Program-made: the position numbers and the translations under genes
Shown: one piece after another, positions 50,074 through 59,693 of the stretch
Layout of the letters: the number at the start of each line of letters is the position of its first letter
Numbering within the stretch: position 1 is the stretch's first letter
NCBI GenBank assembly: GCA_963754445.1
Contig: CAVWFT010000003.1
Location: 76,348-140,347 of the forward strand
Length of the DNA stretch: 64,000 bases
Source of the DNA: an uncultured Acidimicrobiaceae bacterium
Lineage (GTDB): Bacteria > Actinomycetota > Acidimicrobiia > Acidimicrobiales > RAAP-2
Direction: 5' to 3'
The notes under the pieces: generated by a model
The model's input: only the letters and a program-made list of their open reading frames with translations
What the model was told of the DNA's origin: nothing
Databases searched by the model: none

Positions 50074-50462
50074 GCCGCCGTGTACAGCGCGCTGAAGCGC
50101 TGACCCACATGCGGATTGGAACGCAGCCGGGACCTCCATCCCTCCGCGGCCCTGCTCCAGTCCGACCTCGTGATGCCCATTGACGCAGCAACATCTGCCG
50201 CCTTGGACTGGTCGTGGTTGCACGCCGCAAGACTCTTTGACACATCGACGTACCGTTCGAGGCTGACCCCGGCGATCGGTTCGAAATCGGGTTCTTCATC
50301 CCCTTCTCCATGAGCCCGCCACGCATGATCCGCCGCGTGCCGGGCCGACTGGTTGGTGCTCGACGCGGGGTGATGCCGGCTTCCGAGTTGACTCGCCAAG
50401 TCCGTCATCTCGGGGGCCGTGACCGACGCCTTCAATTCCTTCACTTGCTTGAAAATGCCCAT
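50070..50462 (-). CDS. Hypothetical 130-aa protein
   Basis: ATG 50462 sits behind GAGGAGGGG. Its N-terminus (MGIFKQVKELKA) resembles that of the next gene (MTVGFFRDIKAA). Confidence 0.55.
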   Translation of the reverse strand: MGIFKQVKELKASVTAPEMTDLASQLGSRHHPASSTNQSARHAADHAWRAHGEGDEEPDFEPIAGVSLERYVDVSKSLAACNHDQSKAADVAASMGITRSDWSRAAEGWRSRLRSNPHVGQRFSALYTAA

Positions 50463-50735
50463 CACCCCTCCTCTTGCACTCCACTCGCGGCAGCGCCCCC
50501 GCGGACCGGGGGATTCCAGGGGGACGAGCCAACACCAGGATCGGCGAAGTCGATGCCGTTGTCGTGAGTACCTGGTGCTCATTCCCGCCTCCCGCTGCCC
50601 GGCCTTCCTCGGGTCGTGAAGGGCCGGCCATCATCCACAGCAATCCCTCAGGCTCGCCACCCCGTACTACCCATGTCACGCGGGTCCCCGCGTCGTCGTG
50701 CGCGGGGACGGGAACCACACCTCAAGGAGGTCGTT

Positions 50736-51890
50736 ATGACTGGTAGGGCCCTGTCCTGTTGTCTCGCTCGTCACGGAACCGCACTGCTCGCGGTGGCCGG
50801 CCTCGGAACACTGGGCGCCGCAGGAGTGGCCGCCGATCCGGCCGGCGCCGCCCCGACCCCGTTCCTGGCCCAGTTCTCAACCGTCACGAATGTGGCCTCC
50901 ACCGTGCCGAGCGACGGAGACGTCAACCCCTACGGCATCGTCTCCGTTCCGACGACCACCGGGAACCTCGTCGCCGGCGACACGCTGGTCTCGAACTTCA
51001 ACGATCGCTCGAACGTGCAGGGCACCGGCACCACGATCGTCCAGATCTCGCCCTCGGGAACGCAGACCCTCTTCGCCAACATCCAGCGCAACCAGCTCGG
51101 GGGACGCTGCCCCGGCGGCGTCGGCCTGACCACCGGTCTCACCGTCTTGAGCGATGGCTACGTGGTGGTCGGCAGCCTGCCGGCCAAGAACGCCGGGGCC
51201 GGACCACCCGAAGCCGGATGTCTCATCGTGCTCAACAGCGCGGGGCAGAGCGTCGAGACCTGGGCCAGCAGCCAGTTGATCGACGGCCCCTGGGATCTGT
51301 CGTCGAGCAAAGTCGGCAACATCGACGAGATCTTCGTGACCAACGTGCTCAACGGGACGGTGGCGGCGAACGGTCAGCCGGTGAACGGGGGCACCGTGGT
51401 GCGCCTCGACGTCACGCTCCCGACCGGGAAGGCGCCGGTGCTGATCAGCGGAACCACCGTTGCGAAGGGCTTCACCGAGGAACTGAACCAAGCCGCCCTG
51501 GTTCTCGGCCCCACCGGTGACGCCCTCGGCAAGAACGGCACGCTCTACGTCGCCGACACGGTCAACAACCGCATCGCCATGGTGCCCGACGCCACTACCC
51601 GGACCCAGCCCATCCACGGCGGGGGCGTGACACTGACGTCGGGTGGAACGCTCAATGCACCCCTGGGGATGACCTTGGCCCCGAATGGCGACATCATCAC
51701 GGCCAACGGTGGCGACGGGAATGCCGTGGAGACCACGCCGGCGGGTCACCAGATCGACACCGTGCAGATGGACCCACTCAACGCGGGTGGAGATCTCTTC
51801 GGTCTGATCGTGGCGCCGAACGCGAACGGCATCCTGTTCGTCGACGACGGGGACAACACCCTGAAACTGTTCGGGCCGCCCGCGACCTGA
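50736..51890 (+). CDS. Secreted NHL/beta-propeller repeat protein
   Basis: ATG 50736 sits behind AAGGAGG. Signal peptide present. Repeated motifs such as LYVADTVNNRIAMV and GILFVDDGDNTL. Confidence 0.7.
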   Translation: MTGRALSCCLARHGTALLAVAGLGTLGAAGVAADPAGAAPTPFLAQFSTVTNVASTVPSDGDVNPYGIVSVPTTTGNLVAGDTLVSNFNDRSNVQGTGTTIVQISPSGTQTLFANIQRNQLGGRCPGGVGLTTGLTVLSDGYVVVGSLPAKNAGAGPPEAGCLIVLNSAGQSVETWASSQLIDGPWDLSSSKVGNIDEIFVTNVLNGTVAANGQPVNGGTVVRLDVTLPTGKAPVLISGTTVAKGFTEELNQAALVLGPTGDALGKNGTLYVADTVNNRIAMVPDATTRTQPIHGGGVTLTSGGTLNAPLGMTLAPNGDIITANGGDGNAVETTPAGHQIDTVQMDPLNAGGDLFGLIVAPNANGILFVDDGDNTLKLFGPPAT

Positions 51891-51918
51891 TCCCGCGCCC
51901 GGTGCGGCGGGGGCCGTG

Positions 51919-52668
51919 CTACGTCGAGTCCGGCCTCCATGCCGCTCCCGAGCCAGCCCCCGCTCCGGACCCATCGGGACCGACCACCAGCCCGTGGCGC
52001 TGCGCATAGAGCGCCGCCTGCGCCCGATCCCGGCTCTGGGTCTTGGCGAAGATCCGGTTGATGTGTGTCTTCACCGTGGTCTCGGCCACAAAGAGACGTT
52101 CGGCGATCTCGGTGTTCGACAAGCCTTCGGCGACGAGCGCGAGCACCTCGACCTCTCGCTCGGTGAGGCCGTCGGGAAGCTGCTGCGGGCGGCCGCCAAG
52201 CGGTTCGACACCGTGCCCGCCCGGTCGTGACTCGCCGGGTCGTCGCTCGCCGGCGCGCTCCGCAGCCCGAAGGAGGGTGGCCTGCACGCCCGCATCGAGG
52301 ACCGTCTGCCCGGCGACCGCCGCATCGAGCGCGCGCCGGATGTCCTCACGACCCGCGTCCTTCGTCAGGTATCCGGCGGCGCCGGCCGACAACGCGGCCA
52401 GGATCGATTCGTCGTCGGCATAGGTCGTGAGCACGACGACGGAGACCCCCGGGTATTGGGCGCGAATGGCTCTGGTCGCCTCCACGCCGTCGAGGCGCGG
52501 CATGCGCAGATCCATCAAGACGACATCGGGGGCATGGCTCCCGACCAGCTCGACGGCCTCGACGCCGTCCCCGGCCAGCCCCACCACCACCGTGGCGGGG
52601 AACCCCTCGACGATGGTGGCCAGACCCTCCCGCACGACCCTCTGATCATCGGCGATCAGCACCTTCAT
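51919..52668 (-). CDS. NarL/LuxR-family response regulator
   Basis: MKVLIADDQ...VVLMDLRMP receiver domain and LTEREVEVLALVAEGLSNTEIA HTH. ATGA overlap with the kinase gene. Confidence 0.9.
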   Translation of the reverse strand: MKVLIADDQRVVREGLATIVEGFPATVVVGLAGDGVEAVELVGSHAPDVVLMDLRMPRLDGVEATRAIRAQYPGVSVVVLTTYADDESILAALSAGAAGYLTKDAGREDIRRALDAAVAGQTVLDAGVQATLLRAAERAGERRPGESRPGGHGVEPLGGRPQQLPDGLTEREVEVLALVAEGLSNTEIAERLFVAETTVKTHINRIFAKTQSRDRAQAALYAQRHGLVVGPDGSGAGAGSGAAWRPDST

Positions 52669-54188
52669 CCCGACACCGCCCTGTCGATCCTCCTGACACC
52701 GCCGTCGGTGCCCGCACTGCCGGCACTGCCGTAGGTGCCGGCAGTGTCGTGGGTGCCGGCGTTCCCTCCGCTCCCGCGTGAACCCGTCGGCTCCGCCGAA
52801 CCCGCGGCGGAGGCCAATGGCACGACAGCCCTCACTCGCCAACCGTCCGGTGTCGGGCCCACCTCCACCTCACCCCCGAGAAGGGCCACCCGCTCGGCGA
52901 TGCCACGCAGCCCGTAACCGCCGCCACTCGTGGCGAGGAACTCCAGCGGCCGCTGCGGACGGCCCGAACCGGTCCCGGTGCCGGAGCTCGTCCCGGGACG
53001 GTCGGCCCGCTCCCCTGCCCCTGCCCCCGCCGCTGCCCCCGCCTCCGTACCGGCCGTCGGCTCCGCCCCTGCCCCCGCCTCCGCCCCCGCCTCCGCACCT
53101 GCCCCCCCTGCTGGTGCTGCCGCCGACGCCACGTTGTCCACGCACAACGACACCGACCCCGTCCCGAACGCCAACACCACCGACGTCGGCGTCCCCGGGG
53201 CGTGCTTCATCACGTTGGTCAATGCCTCCTGCGCCACTCGATACAGGCTCATGACCACCGGCGCGGGCAAGCGTTGCAGGTCTCCGGCCACGGTGAACGC
53301 AGCCTCGTGGCGCCCGGCGAGGCGGCGGAGCTGGTCGTCGAGGGGAGCGGCGTCGTCACGGAGCGCCTGCACGGCTCCGCGCGACTCGTTCAACCCTTCG
53401 CGCACGAGTTGCTTGGTCTTCTCGAGCTGGGCCCGCACCGCCGTGCTCGTCTGGGGCTCGCCATCGACCACGGTGGCGAAGGCCTCGAGCTGGAGCGAGA
53501 GCGCGGCCAGCGTGTGGGCCAGCACGTCGTGGATCTCGCGGGCGAGGTGGTTGCGCTCGCCGAGGAGCTCGGCCCGGGCCCGCTCCACCTCTCCCTTGGC
53601 CATCTCGACTTCCATCTGCGCCGCTTGCTCCGTGCGCTCGACCGTCTGGCGACGGGTGAAACCGATGAGCGCCCCGGCCAGGATGGCGGCCAGGCCACCC
53701 CATGCGATGGCGAACGAATGGTCCGACGCCAGGACGGCGATCACCATGGCCAGCCATCCGGCCGTCCCGATCGCCGCCGCGGCCCGGAGCCGCCATGCCG
53801 TCGCCGCCCCCAAGGTCGCCACCGCCGGGAAGACCATGCCCACCGGGGCGAAGGCGGCCAAGGCCCCGCCCGCCAGGGAGACGATGACCAGAACCGGGGC
53901 GGTGGCCCACCCGATCGAGCCCCGGACGAGGACCCAGACCAGCCAGGCCGCGCCGGCGATCCCCAACAGCACGAACGCCGCGGTGCGATCCGCCCCGTGC
54001 TCGTAGTGGCGGGCGTAGCTGAACGCACCCCAGGCCAGGAGGCCGAGCGAGACCACGGCGATCCCGTCGGCCAGCGTCGTGCGCGGGATCGGCAGCGGAT
54101 CGGGCTGCTGACTCACGGTGCCCCTCAGGGTGCGGGAGGCAGGTGACCGGCCCCAGAGCGGGTCGGGCTGCTGATTCACGCCGCCCAT
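52665..54188 (-). CDS. Sensor histidine kinase, HisKA_3/NarX-DesK type
   Basis: H-box REIHDVLAHTLAAL. Multi-TM N-terminus. ATPase domain interrupted by an Ala/Gly/Glu-rich insert. The 1168-aa track ORF was trimmed to ATG 54188. Confidence 0.8.
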   Translation of the reverse strand: MGGVNQQPDPLWGRSPASRTLRGTVSQQPDPLPIPRTTLADGIAVVSLGLLAWGAFSYARHYEHGADRTAAFVLLGIAGAAWLVWVLVRGSIGWATAPVLVIVSLAGGALAAFAPVGMVFPAVATLGAATAWRLRAAAAIGTAGWLAMVIAVLASDHSFAIAWGGLAAILAGALIGFTRRQTVERTEQAAQMEVEMAKGEVERARAELLGERNHLAREIHDVLAHTLAALSLQLEAFATVVDGEPQTSTAVRAQLEKTKQLVREGLNESRGAVQALRDDAAPLDDQLRRLAGRHEAAFTVAGDLQRLPAPVVMSLYRVAQEALTNVMKHAPGTPTSVVLAFGTGSVSLCVDNVASAAAPAGGAGAEAGAEAGAGAEPTAGTEAGAAAGAGAGERADRPGTSSGTGTGSGRPQRPLEFLATSGGGYGLRGIAERVALLGGEVEVGPTPDGWRVRAVVPLASAAGSAEPTGSRGSGGNAGTHDTAGTYGSAGSAGTDGGVRRIDRAVSG

Positions 54189-54322
54189 GATGGTCCCTGG
54201 CGCAACACGACGGGCGGGCGCGGCCGGGCGGCCCGGGCGTGGAGGTGTCCGGGCCGCCCGTGGGGGGCGCCGCTCGTCGGGAGAACGGTCGTCATCGCGA
54301 GGGTTTCGGCGCCGGCTCGGGA

Positions 54323-54886
54323 CTAGGCCGCCATCTCGGCCGTCAACGGGTCGTCGAAGGTCGACGACCCGTTCGACGCCAGTGCGAGGGCGTGGTCCCG
54401 CTGCACCCTGTGCCCCCGCCAGGCCAGGACGCCGGTGCGCACGAGCGCCTCGCTGAGGGCCATCAGGATGAGGGCGGCGGTCCAGGCCGTGGCGGCGGTG
54501 ATGGCGTGTGCCGCCGAGAAGCGCTCGATGGCCGCCCCGCCGCCGTGCGTGGCATAGAGCTGGAAGGCCAGGCGGCAGCCGGTGCCGAGGATCCAGAGGC
54601 CGGCGGCGACGAGTCCGGCCTTGGCGATCGGGATGCCGTCGGCCCCGGGCCGCACTCTGGTGAAGTGACCGGCCAGGCCGCCGAGCGTCGCCCCGATCAG
54701 GGCGCAACCGACCACGATGTAGAGGTCGTTGCCCGACGTCGGCACCGTCTTGAGGTACTTGACGGCCACGTAGGCCACGATCGCCACCGGGAGCAGCAGG
54801 GCCTTGGTGGTGAGCTTCCGCCCGCGGACCTGGAAGAGCACGATGGCGATGAGGCTGATGTCGATGAGGTAGTCGGAAAAGGTCAT
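54323..54886 (-). CDS. Small integral membrane protein, 187 aa
   Basis: Four or five hydrophobic helices. ATG 54886. Confidence 0.6.
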   Translation of the reverse strand: MTFSDYLIDISLIAIVLFQVRGRKLTTKALLLPVAIVAYVAVKYLKTVPTSGNDLYIVVGCALIGATLGGLAGHFTRVRPGADGIPIAKAGLVAAGLWILGTGCRLAFQLYATHGGGAAIERFSAAHAITAATAWTAALILMALSEALVRTGVLAWRGHRVQRDHALALASNGSSTFDDPLTAEMAA

Positions 54887-54929
54887 GCCTCCAGTGTCCG
54901 CATCGAGGCCCGCGGCGGCGTCCACCCAC

Positions 54930-54960
54930 GGGTGGAACGACGGGTGGAACGACGGGTGGA
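54930..54960. repeat. 12-nt tandem repeat gggtggaacgac, about 2.6 copies, in a divergent intergenic region
   Basis: Read directly. Confidence 0.7.
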
Positions 54961-55007
54961 GGGGCAGGTGGAGGGCCCGAACGGGTGCCCCTCCTACGCT
55001 GTGCCCC

Positions 55008-56132
55008 ATGGCGATGGGGAACCGGCCCGACGTCGAGACCGCCCAGGCTCCCGTCGCCGCCCTCGACGTGGTCCTGCTGGCCCAGCAGCTTGGCGCCGCC
55101 CTCCTGCGGGTGCCCTTCCGACGCCCCCTGCGCCAGGGCGGCTCCAACCCCGCCGCCAACCTGGGCATCTCCGTGACGCGCGAGGTCATCCGCAGCTTCA
55201 TGGGCTACACGTCGTCGCTGCCCGTTCCCGAATTTCGCAGCATCGAGCTCGTCCTCGATGACATCTGCAAGGTCATCATGCCCCCCGTCGTGCGCTCGCT
55301 CGACGTGCTCGGGCAGCCCGTCTCCCTCGGCGGCGTCCCCGGCATCCTCTACCGGCCCCGCCGGAGCCACCCCCTCGGCGTCGTCCTGTACCTGCACGGC
55401 GGCGGCTACATCGGCACCTCGCCCCAGATGTACGCCTTCTTCACCGCCCGGGTGTGCAAGGAGACCGGCTGTGCGGTGTTCGTGGCCGACTACCGGCTGG
55501 CCCCCGAGTTCCCCTACCCGGCCGGGGCGGTCGACGCCACGGCGGCCTATCGGGCGCTCATCGACCTCGGCATCCCGCGCCAGCGCCTCTTCCTCGGCGG
55601 CGATTCGGGCGGAGGCGGCCTGGCCAACTCCATGCTTTTGGCCTGTCCCGACGGCCTCGAACCGCTCGACCCGGCCGGCCTGCTCCTCTTCTCCCCCGAA
55701 GTGGACCTGCGCCTCGACGAGCCCTCGGTGACCGAGAACGCCCACCTCGACATCCTTCCCTGGAACATCCCGACGGCGAGCTACCTGCACGGCGAGGACG
55801 CATCGAGCGTGTCGATCTCCCCCCTGACGGCGGACCTCGACGCCTTCCCGCCCGCCTTCGTCTGCTGGGGCGGCGACGAGATGTTCCGCGATCCCATCCG
55901 GCGCTACATCGACCGCCTGCGCGCCGCCGGTGTGCAGACCCACGCCCACGAGTTCGACGGCATGTTCCACGTCTTCCCGATCCTCATGCCCTGGGCCGAC
56001 AAGAGCCGGCTGGTCTTCGCCCACCTCCAGACGTTCGTGCGCACGCTGGTGGCCGACGCCCCGACGTTCGACCCTGCCGTGCTGCAGCACCTGCCCGCCT
56101 TGTCCCGCCCGGGGCCGCCTGGCGGCGACTGA
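55008..56132 (+). CDS. Alpha/beta hydrolase of the hormone-sensitive-lipase-like esterase family
   Basis: HGGG oxyanion motif (LYLHGGGY) and GDSGGG nucleophile elbow. Confidence 0.85.
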   Translation: MAMGNRPDVETAQAPVAALDVVLLAQQLGAALLRVPFRRPLRQGGSNPAANLGISVTREVIRSFMGYTSSLPVPEFRSIELVLDDICKVIMPPVVRSLDVLGQPVSLGGVPGILYRPRRSHPLGVVLYLHGGGYIGTSPQMYAFFTARVCKETGCAVFVADYRLAPEFPYPAGAVDATAAYRALIDLGIPRQRLFLGGDSGGGGLANSMLLACPDGLEPLDPAGLLLFSPEVDLRLDEPSVTENAHLDILPWNIPTASYLHGEDASSVSISPLTADLDAFPPAFVCWGGDEMFRDPIRRYIDRLRAAGVQTHAHEFDGMFHVFPILMPWADKSRLVFAHLQTFVRTLVADAPTFDPAVLQHLPALSRPGPPGGD

Positions 56133-56210
56133 CCCCGTCGTCCCGCCCCCGCCGCTCCGGGGGGCACCCACAACTGGAATCTCCCATTCCGCTTCTGCTA
56201 GGAATCAGCG

Positions 56211-57680
56211 GTGAGCGAGACACGCACCCACTACGGCGTGACCTTCGCCGTCCTGGCCACGGCGGCCCTTGCCTTCAGCCTGTTGCAGTCGCTGATCATC
56301 CCGGCCATCCCCCAGCTCGAGCAGACGCTGCACACCACCGAGTCGGGGGCCAGCTGGCTGCTGACGGCCTACCTGCTGAGCGCGGCCATCGCCACGCCCG
56401 TCCTGGGCCGGCTCGGCGACACCCTCGGCAAGGAGAAGGTCATCGTCGCCGTCCTGATCGCGCTGACCGTCGGCACCTTCATCAGCGCTCTCGGGACCAC
56501 GCTGGGCGTGATCCTGATCGGCCGGGTGATCCAGGGCGTGGCCGGCTCCATCTTCCCGCTCGCCTTCGGCATCATCCGCGACGAGTTCCCACCCGAGCGC
56601 GTGGCCGGGGCCATCGGATTCATGTCCGCCATCCTCGGTGTCGGATCGGGCGCGGGCATCGTCCTGGCCGGACCGATCCTGGTGCACCTCAACTACCACT
56701 GGCTCTTCTGGATCCCGCTCGTGATGTCGGCTGCCGCAACCGTGGCCACGTTCCTCGTCGTGCCCGAATCCCCGGTGCGGGCGAAGTCCGGCATCAACTG
56801 GACCGGCGCCGTGCTCATGTCGGGCTGGCTCACCACCGGACTGATCGCCATCTCCTACGGCCCCAGCTGGGGTTGGCTCAGCGCGACCGTCGTGCTGCTC
56901 TACGCCGCCACCGTCGTCTTCCTCGTCTTGTGGGTCGTGTCCGAGATGCGCTCGAAGTCCCCCCTGGTCGACATGAAGGTGATGCGCATACGTGCCGTGT
57001 GGGCCACCAACCTGGCCGCGCTCCTCTACGGCTTCGGCATGTTCGCCATGTTCATCACGGTGCCCCAGTTCGCCCAGACGCCCACCAGCGCGGGCTACGG
57101 CTTCGGCGCCTCGGTCACCCAGTCGGGGCTCTACCTGCTGCCGTTCGCGCTGGCCATGGTGGTGGTGGCGCCCTTCACCGGGTGGCTGGCGCTCCGCGTC
57201 GGCTCGAAGGTCGTGCTGATCGCCGGCTCGCTCGTCTCGGCCAGCTCCTACCTGGTCCTCGTGATCGACCACAGCCAGTCGTGGTCCATCTACTTGGCTT
57301 CGGGTCTGCTGGGCATGGGCCTGGCGCCCGCCTTCGCCTCGCTGGCCAACCTGATCATCGAGGCGGTGCCGCCGGATCAGACCGGTGTGGCCACCGGGAT
57401 GAACACCAACATCCGCACCATCGGGCAGGCGCTGGGGGCGGGCATCGCCACCAGCCTGGTCGTCAGTGAGCTGCTCCCGAGCGGCTACCCCAAAGAGTCC
57501 GGCTATGTGCTGGCCTTCGCCGCGAGCGGCATCGGTCTGGTCGTGGCGGCATTGGCCGCCTGCCTCATCCCGACCAGGGGCACCGAGTCGGTCGTGCGGG
57601 GCGAAGCCCACCCCGGCCTCGTCGCCGAGGGCGAGGCCATCGTGGGCGCCATCGCCTACGTACCCGACGAGGGCGCATGA
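56211..57680 (+). CDS. MFS transporter, DHA2/EmrB-like with 14 TM segments
   Basis: LGRLGDTLGKEKV MFS motif A. 489 aa. Confidence 0.9.
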   Translation: MSETRTHYGVTFAVLATAALAFSLLQSLIIPAIPQLEQTLHTTESGASWLLTAYLLSAAIATPVLGRLGDTLGKEKVIVAVLIALTVGTFISALGTTLGVILIGRVIQGVAGSIFPLAFGIIRDEFPPERVAGAIGFMSAILGVGSGAGIVLAGPILVHLNYHWLFWIPLVMSAAATVATFLVVPESPVRAKSGINWTGAVLMSGWLTTGLIAISYGPSWGWLSATVVLLYAATVVFLVLWVVSEMRSKSPLVDMKVMRIRAVWATNLAALLYGFGMFAMFITVPQFAQTPTSAGYGFGASVTQSGLYLLPFALAMVVVAPFTGWLALRVGSKVVLIAGSLVSASSYLVLVIDHSQSWSIYLASGLLGMGLAPAFASLANLIIEAVPPDQTGVATGMNTNIRTIGQALGAGIATSLVVSELLPSGYPKESGYVLAFAASGIGLVVAALAACLIPTRGTESVVRGEAHPGLVAEGEAIVGAIAYVPDEGA

Positions 57681-58315
57681 CCAGGGCCTTGGCCGCCGAA
57701 CGGCGCCCGTTGCGCCGCGACGCCGAGATCAACCTGGCCCGCATCCTGACCGCGGCGCGCCAGGTCTTCGCCGAGCAGGGCTACGGGGCCTCCATGGAGA
57801 CGATCGCCGAGCGGGCCGAGGTCGGCGTGGGCACCCTCTACCGGCGCTTCCCGCACAAGGCGGAGCTCTTCGAGGCGGTGGTCGACGAGGCCAAGCGGCG
57901 CAACCTCGAGATCGCCCAGATCGTCCTGGCCGAGGTGCCCGACGCCGACGCCGTCTTCGAATTCGTGCGGCGCTGCGTGGCCTCGCCCAGCTGCTGGCGG
58001 GCCATGATCGAGGCGCCACCGTGGCGTTCCGCCGGCACCGGGCTCGACGCCCTGGCCCCGCTGCTCACCCAGATCCTCGAGCGTGGTCAGCGGGCCGGCA
58101 CGGTGCGGAGCGACCTGGCGGTGACAGACCTGGTGGTGGCGCTGCTCTCGGTGCGCTCCATCGCCGATGTGTGCGACACCCGCACGTCGTCACCGTCGCT
58201 GCGCTTTCTCGAGCTGGTCCTCGACGGCTTGCGGCCCGGGGCGGCGGGCGGTGGGCCACCCGACAAGGCCGCGCTGAGTGTGGCCCAGCTCGACCGGTTG
58301 CTGCGCCAGCGCTGA
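57677..58315 (+). CDS. TetR-family transcriptional regulator
   Basis: TetR HTH (SMETIAERAEVGVGTLYRRFPHK). ATGA overlap with the MFS gene. Confidence 0.9.
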   Translation: MTRALAAERRPLRRDAEINLARILTAARQVFAEQGYGASMETIAERAEVGVGTLYRRFPHKAELFEAVVDEAKRRNLEIAQIVLAEVPDADAVFEFVRRCVASPSCWRAMIEAPPWRSAGTGLDALAPLLTQILERGQRAGTVRSDLAVTDLVVALLSVRSIADVCDTRTSSPSLRFLELVLDGLRPGAAGGGPPDKAALSVAQLDRLLRQR

Positions 58316-58328
58316 GGCCGCACCGACC

Positions 58329-59693
58329 TCAGTTGCCGAGGATGCCCAGCCGATCGTCGGATCGGCCCTTGGCCCGCGACTCGGCGAACTGCTCGAGCCA
58401 CTCGCGCATCTCCACGCTGCCCGTCTCCTCGGCCCAGCGCCGCGGCATGGCCGGGAACGAGTAGCCGGCGGGGAGGGAGGGCGGTGGTGGCTGGGCCGCC
58501 TTGCGGGCCAGGGCGTCGTCGAGGGCCGGGGCCAGCCGGTCGCGCTTGGCCTTGACCCGTGCCTCGTCGCGATCCTTGAAGGCGGGCAGGACCTCGCGGC
58601 CGAAGAGCTCGAGCGACTCGCAGATGTCCTCGTGACGGTTGTTGCCGGCCTGGAGCACGAAGATCACCTGGTCCACCCCGGCCTCCTCGAAGCGCTCGAG
58701 GTAGGCGCGCACCTGCTCGGGGGTGCCCGTGGCCCCGCGCAGGCCGGTGCGATCACCGGCGGCCAGCCGGGCGCCGAGACGCTCCTGGCGCAACGCCGCC
58801 TCCACCTCGGGCGAGTACCCGTGGTCGCCCCGGCGGTCGAGAAACTCGGCCCACACGTCGGTCGCCCCCGGCCGGTGCTCGCCGAAGACGTAGTAGTGGC
58901 CGAGGGAGTAACCGAAGAAGTTGCCGCCTTCGAGACCGCGGGCCAGCGCCTCCTCCTCGTCGGGATGCACCATCATCTGGGTCACGCAGGCGATGCTCGG
59001 GTTGACGCTCTCGCCGACGGGGACGCACGACTCGGCCAGGGTCCGCTCGTAGTCCGACACCCACTGCATCGCTTCCTCGGGATCGATGAAGGCGAAGGTG
59101 AGGGCGCCGATGCCTTTCTCCGCCGCCAACAGGATGGTGTCGCGCCGCGAGCACGCCACCCACAGGGGCGGGTGCGGCTTCTGCATCGGCTTGGGCACCA
59201 CGTTGCGCGGCGGCATCTTGACGAAGGTGCCGTCGACCCCGCGGAACGGTGTCTCGGTCATACAGCGCACGACGACCTCGAGGCCCTCGAGCCAGGCCTC
59301 GCGCTTGGTCGCCGGGTCGACCAGGAAGCCGCCCAGCTCGGCCTCGGACCCCGACTCTCCCGAGCCGAACTCGACCCGGCCCCCCGAGACCAGGTCCAGG
59401 GTCGCCACCCGTTCAGCCGTGCGGGCGGGGTGGTTGTAACCCGGCGCCGTCTGGATGATCCCGTGTCCGAGCCGGATGTCCTTCGTCCGCTGGCTGCAGG
59501 CACCGAGGAACACCTCGGGCGCGGAGGAGTGGCTGTACTCCTCGAGGAAGTGATGCTCGACCTCCCAGACCACGTCGAAGCCGAGCCGGTCGGCCAGCTC
59601 CACCTGTTCGAGCGCGTCCTGAAGCAACCGGTACTCGCTCCCCTCCTCCCACGGGCGGGGCAGCTGGTGCTCGTAGAAGATGCCGAACTTCAT
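58329..59693 (-). CDS. Luciferase-like (LLM-class) flavin-dependent monooxygenase
   Basis: MKFGIFYEHQLPRPW...VWEVEHHF is the LLM pattern. ATGA overlap with the upstream gene. Confidence 0.85.
   Translation of the reverse strand: MKFGIFYEHQLPRPWEEGSEYRLLQDALEQVELADRLGFDVVWEVEHHFLEEYSHSSAPEVFLGACSQRTKDIRLGHGIIQTAPGYNHPARTAERVATLDLVSGGRVEFGSGESGSEAELGGFLVDPATKREAWLEGLEVVVRCMTETPFRGVDGTFVKMPPRNVVPKPMQKPHPPLWVACSRRDTILLAAEKGIGALTFAFIDPEEAMQWVSDYERTLAESCVPVGESVNPSIACVTQMMVHPDEEEALARGLEGGNFFGYSLGHYYVFGEHRPGATDVWAEFLDRRGDHGYSPEVEAALRQERLGARLAAGDRTGLRGATGTPEQVRAYLERFEEAGVDQVIFVLQAGNNRHEDICESLELFGREVLPAFKDRDEARVKAKRDRLAPALDDALARKAAQPPPPSLPAGYSFPAMPRRWAEETGSVEMREWLEQFAESRAKGRSDDRLGILGN

Noticed and set aside
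52665-56171. 1168-aa minus-strand ORF spanning the histidine kinase and running antisense through the membrane-protein and esterase region
   Set aside because: Only the last 507 codons look like a protein (TM helices, H-box, ATPase). The upstream part is Arg/Gly/Pro/His-rich and lies antisense to the well-supported esterase gene (55008..56132) or out of frame with the membrane-protein gene (54323..54886). This is a typical high-GC open-frame artefact.
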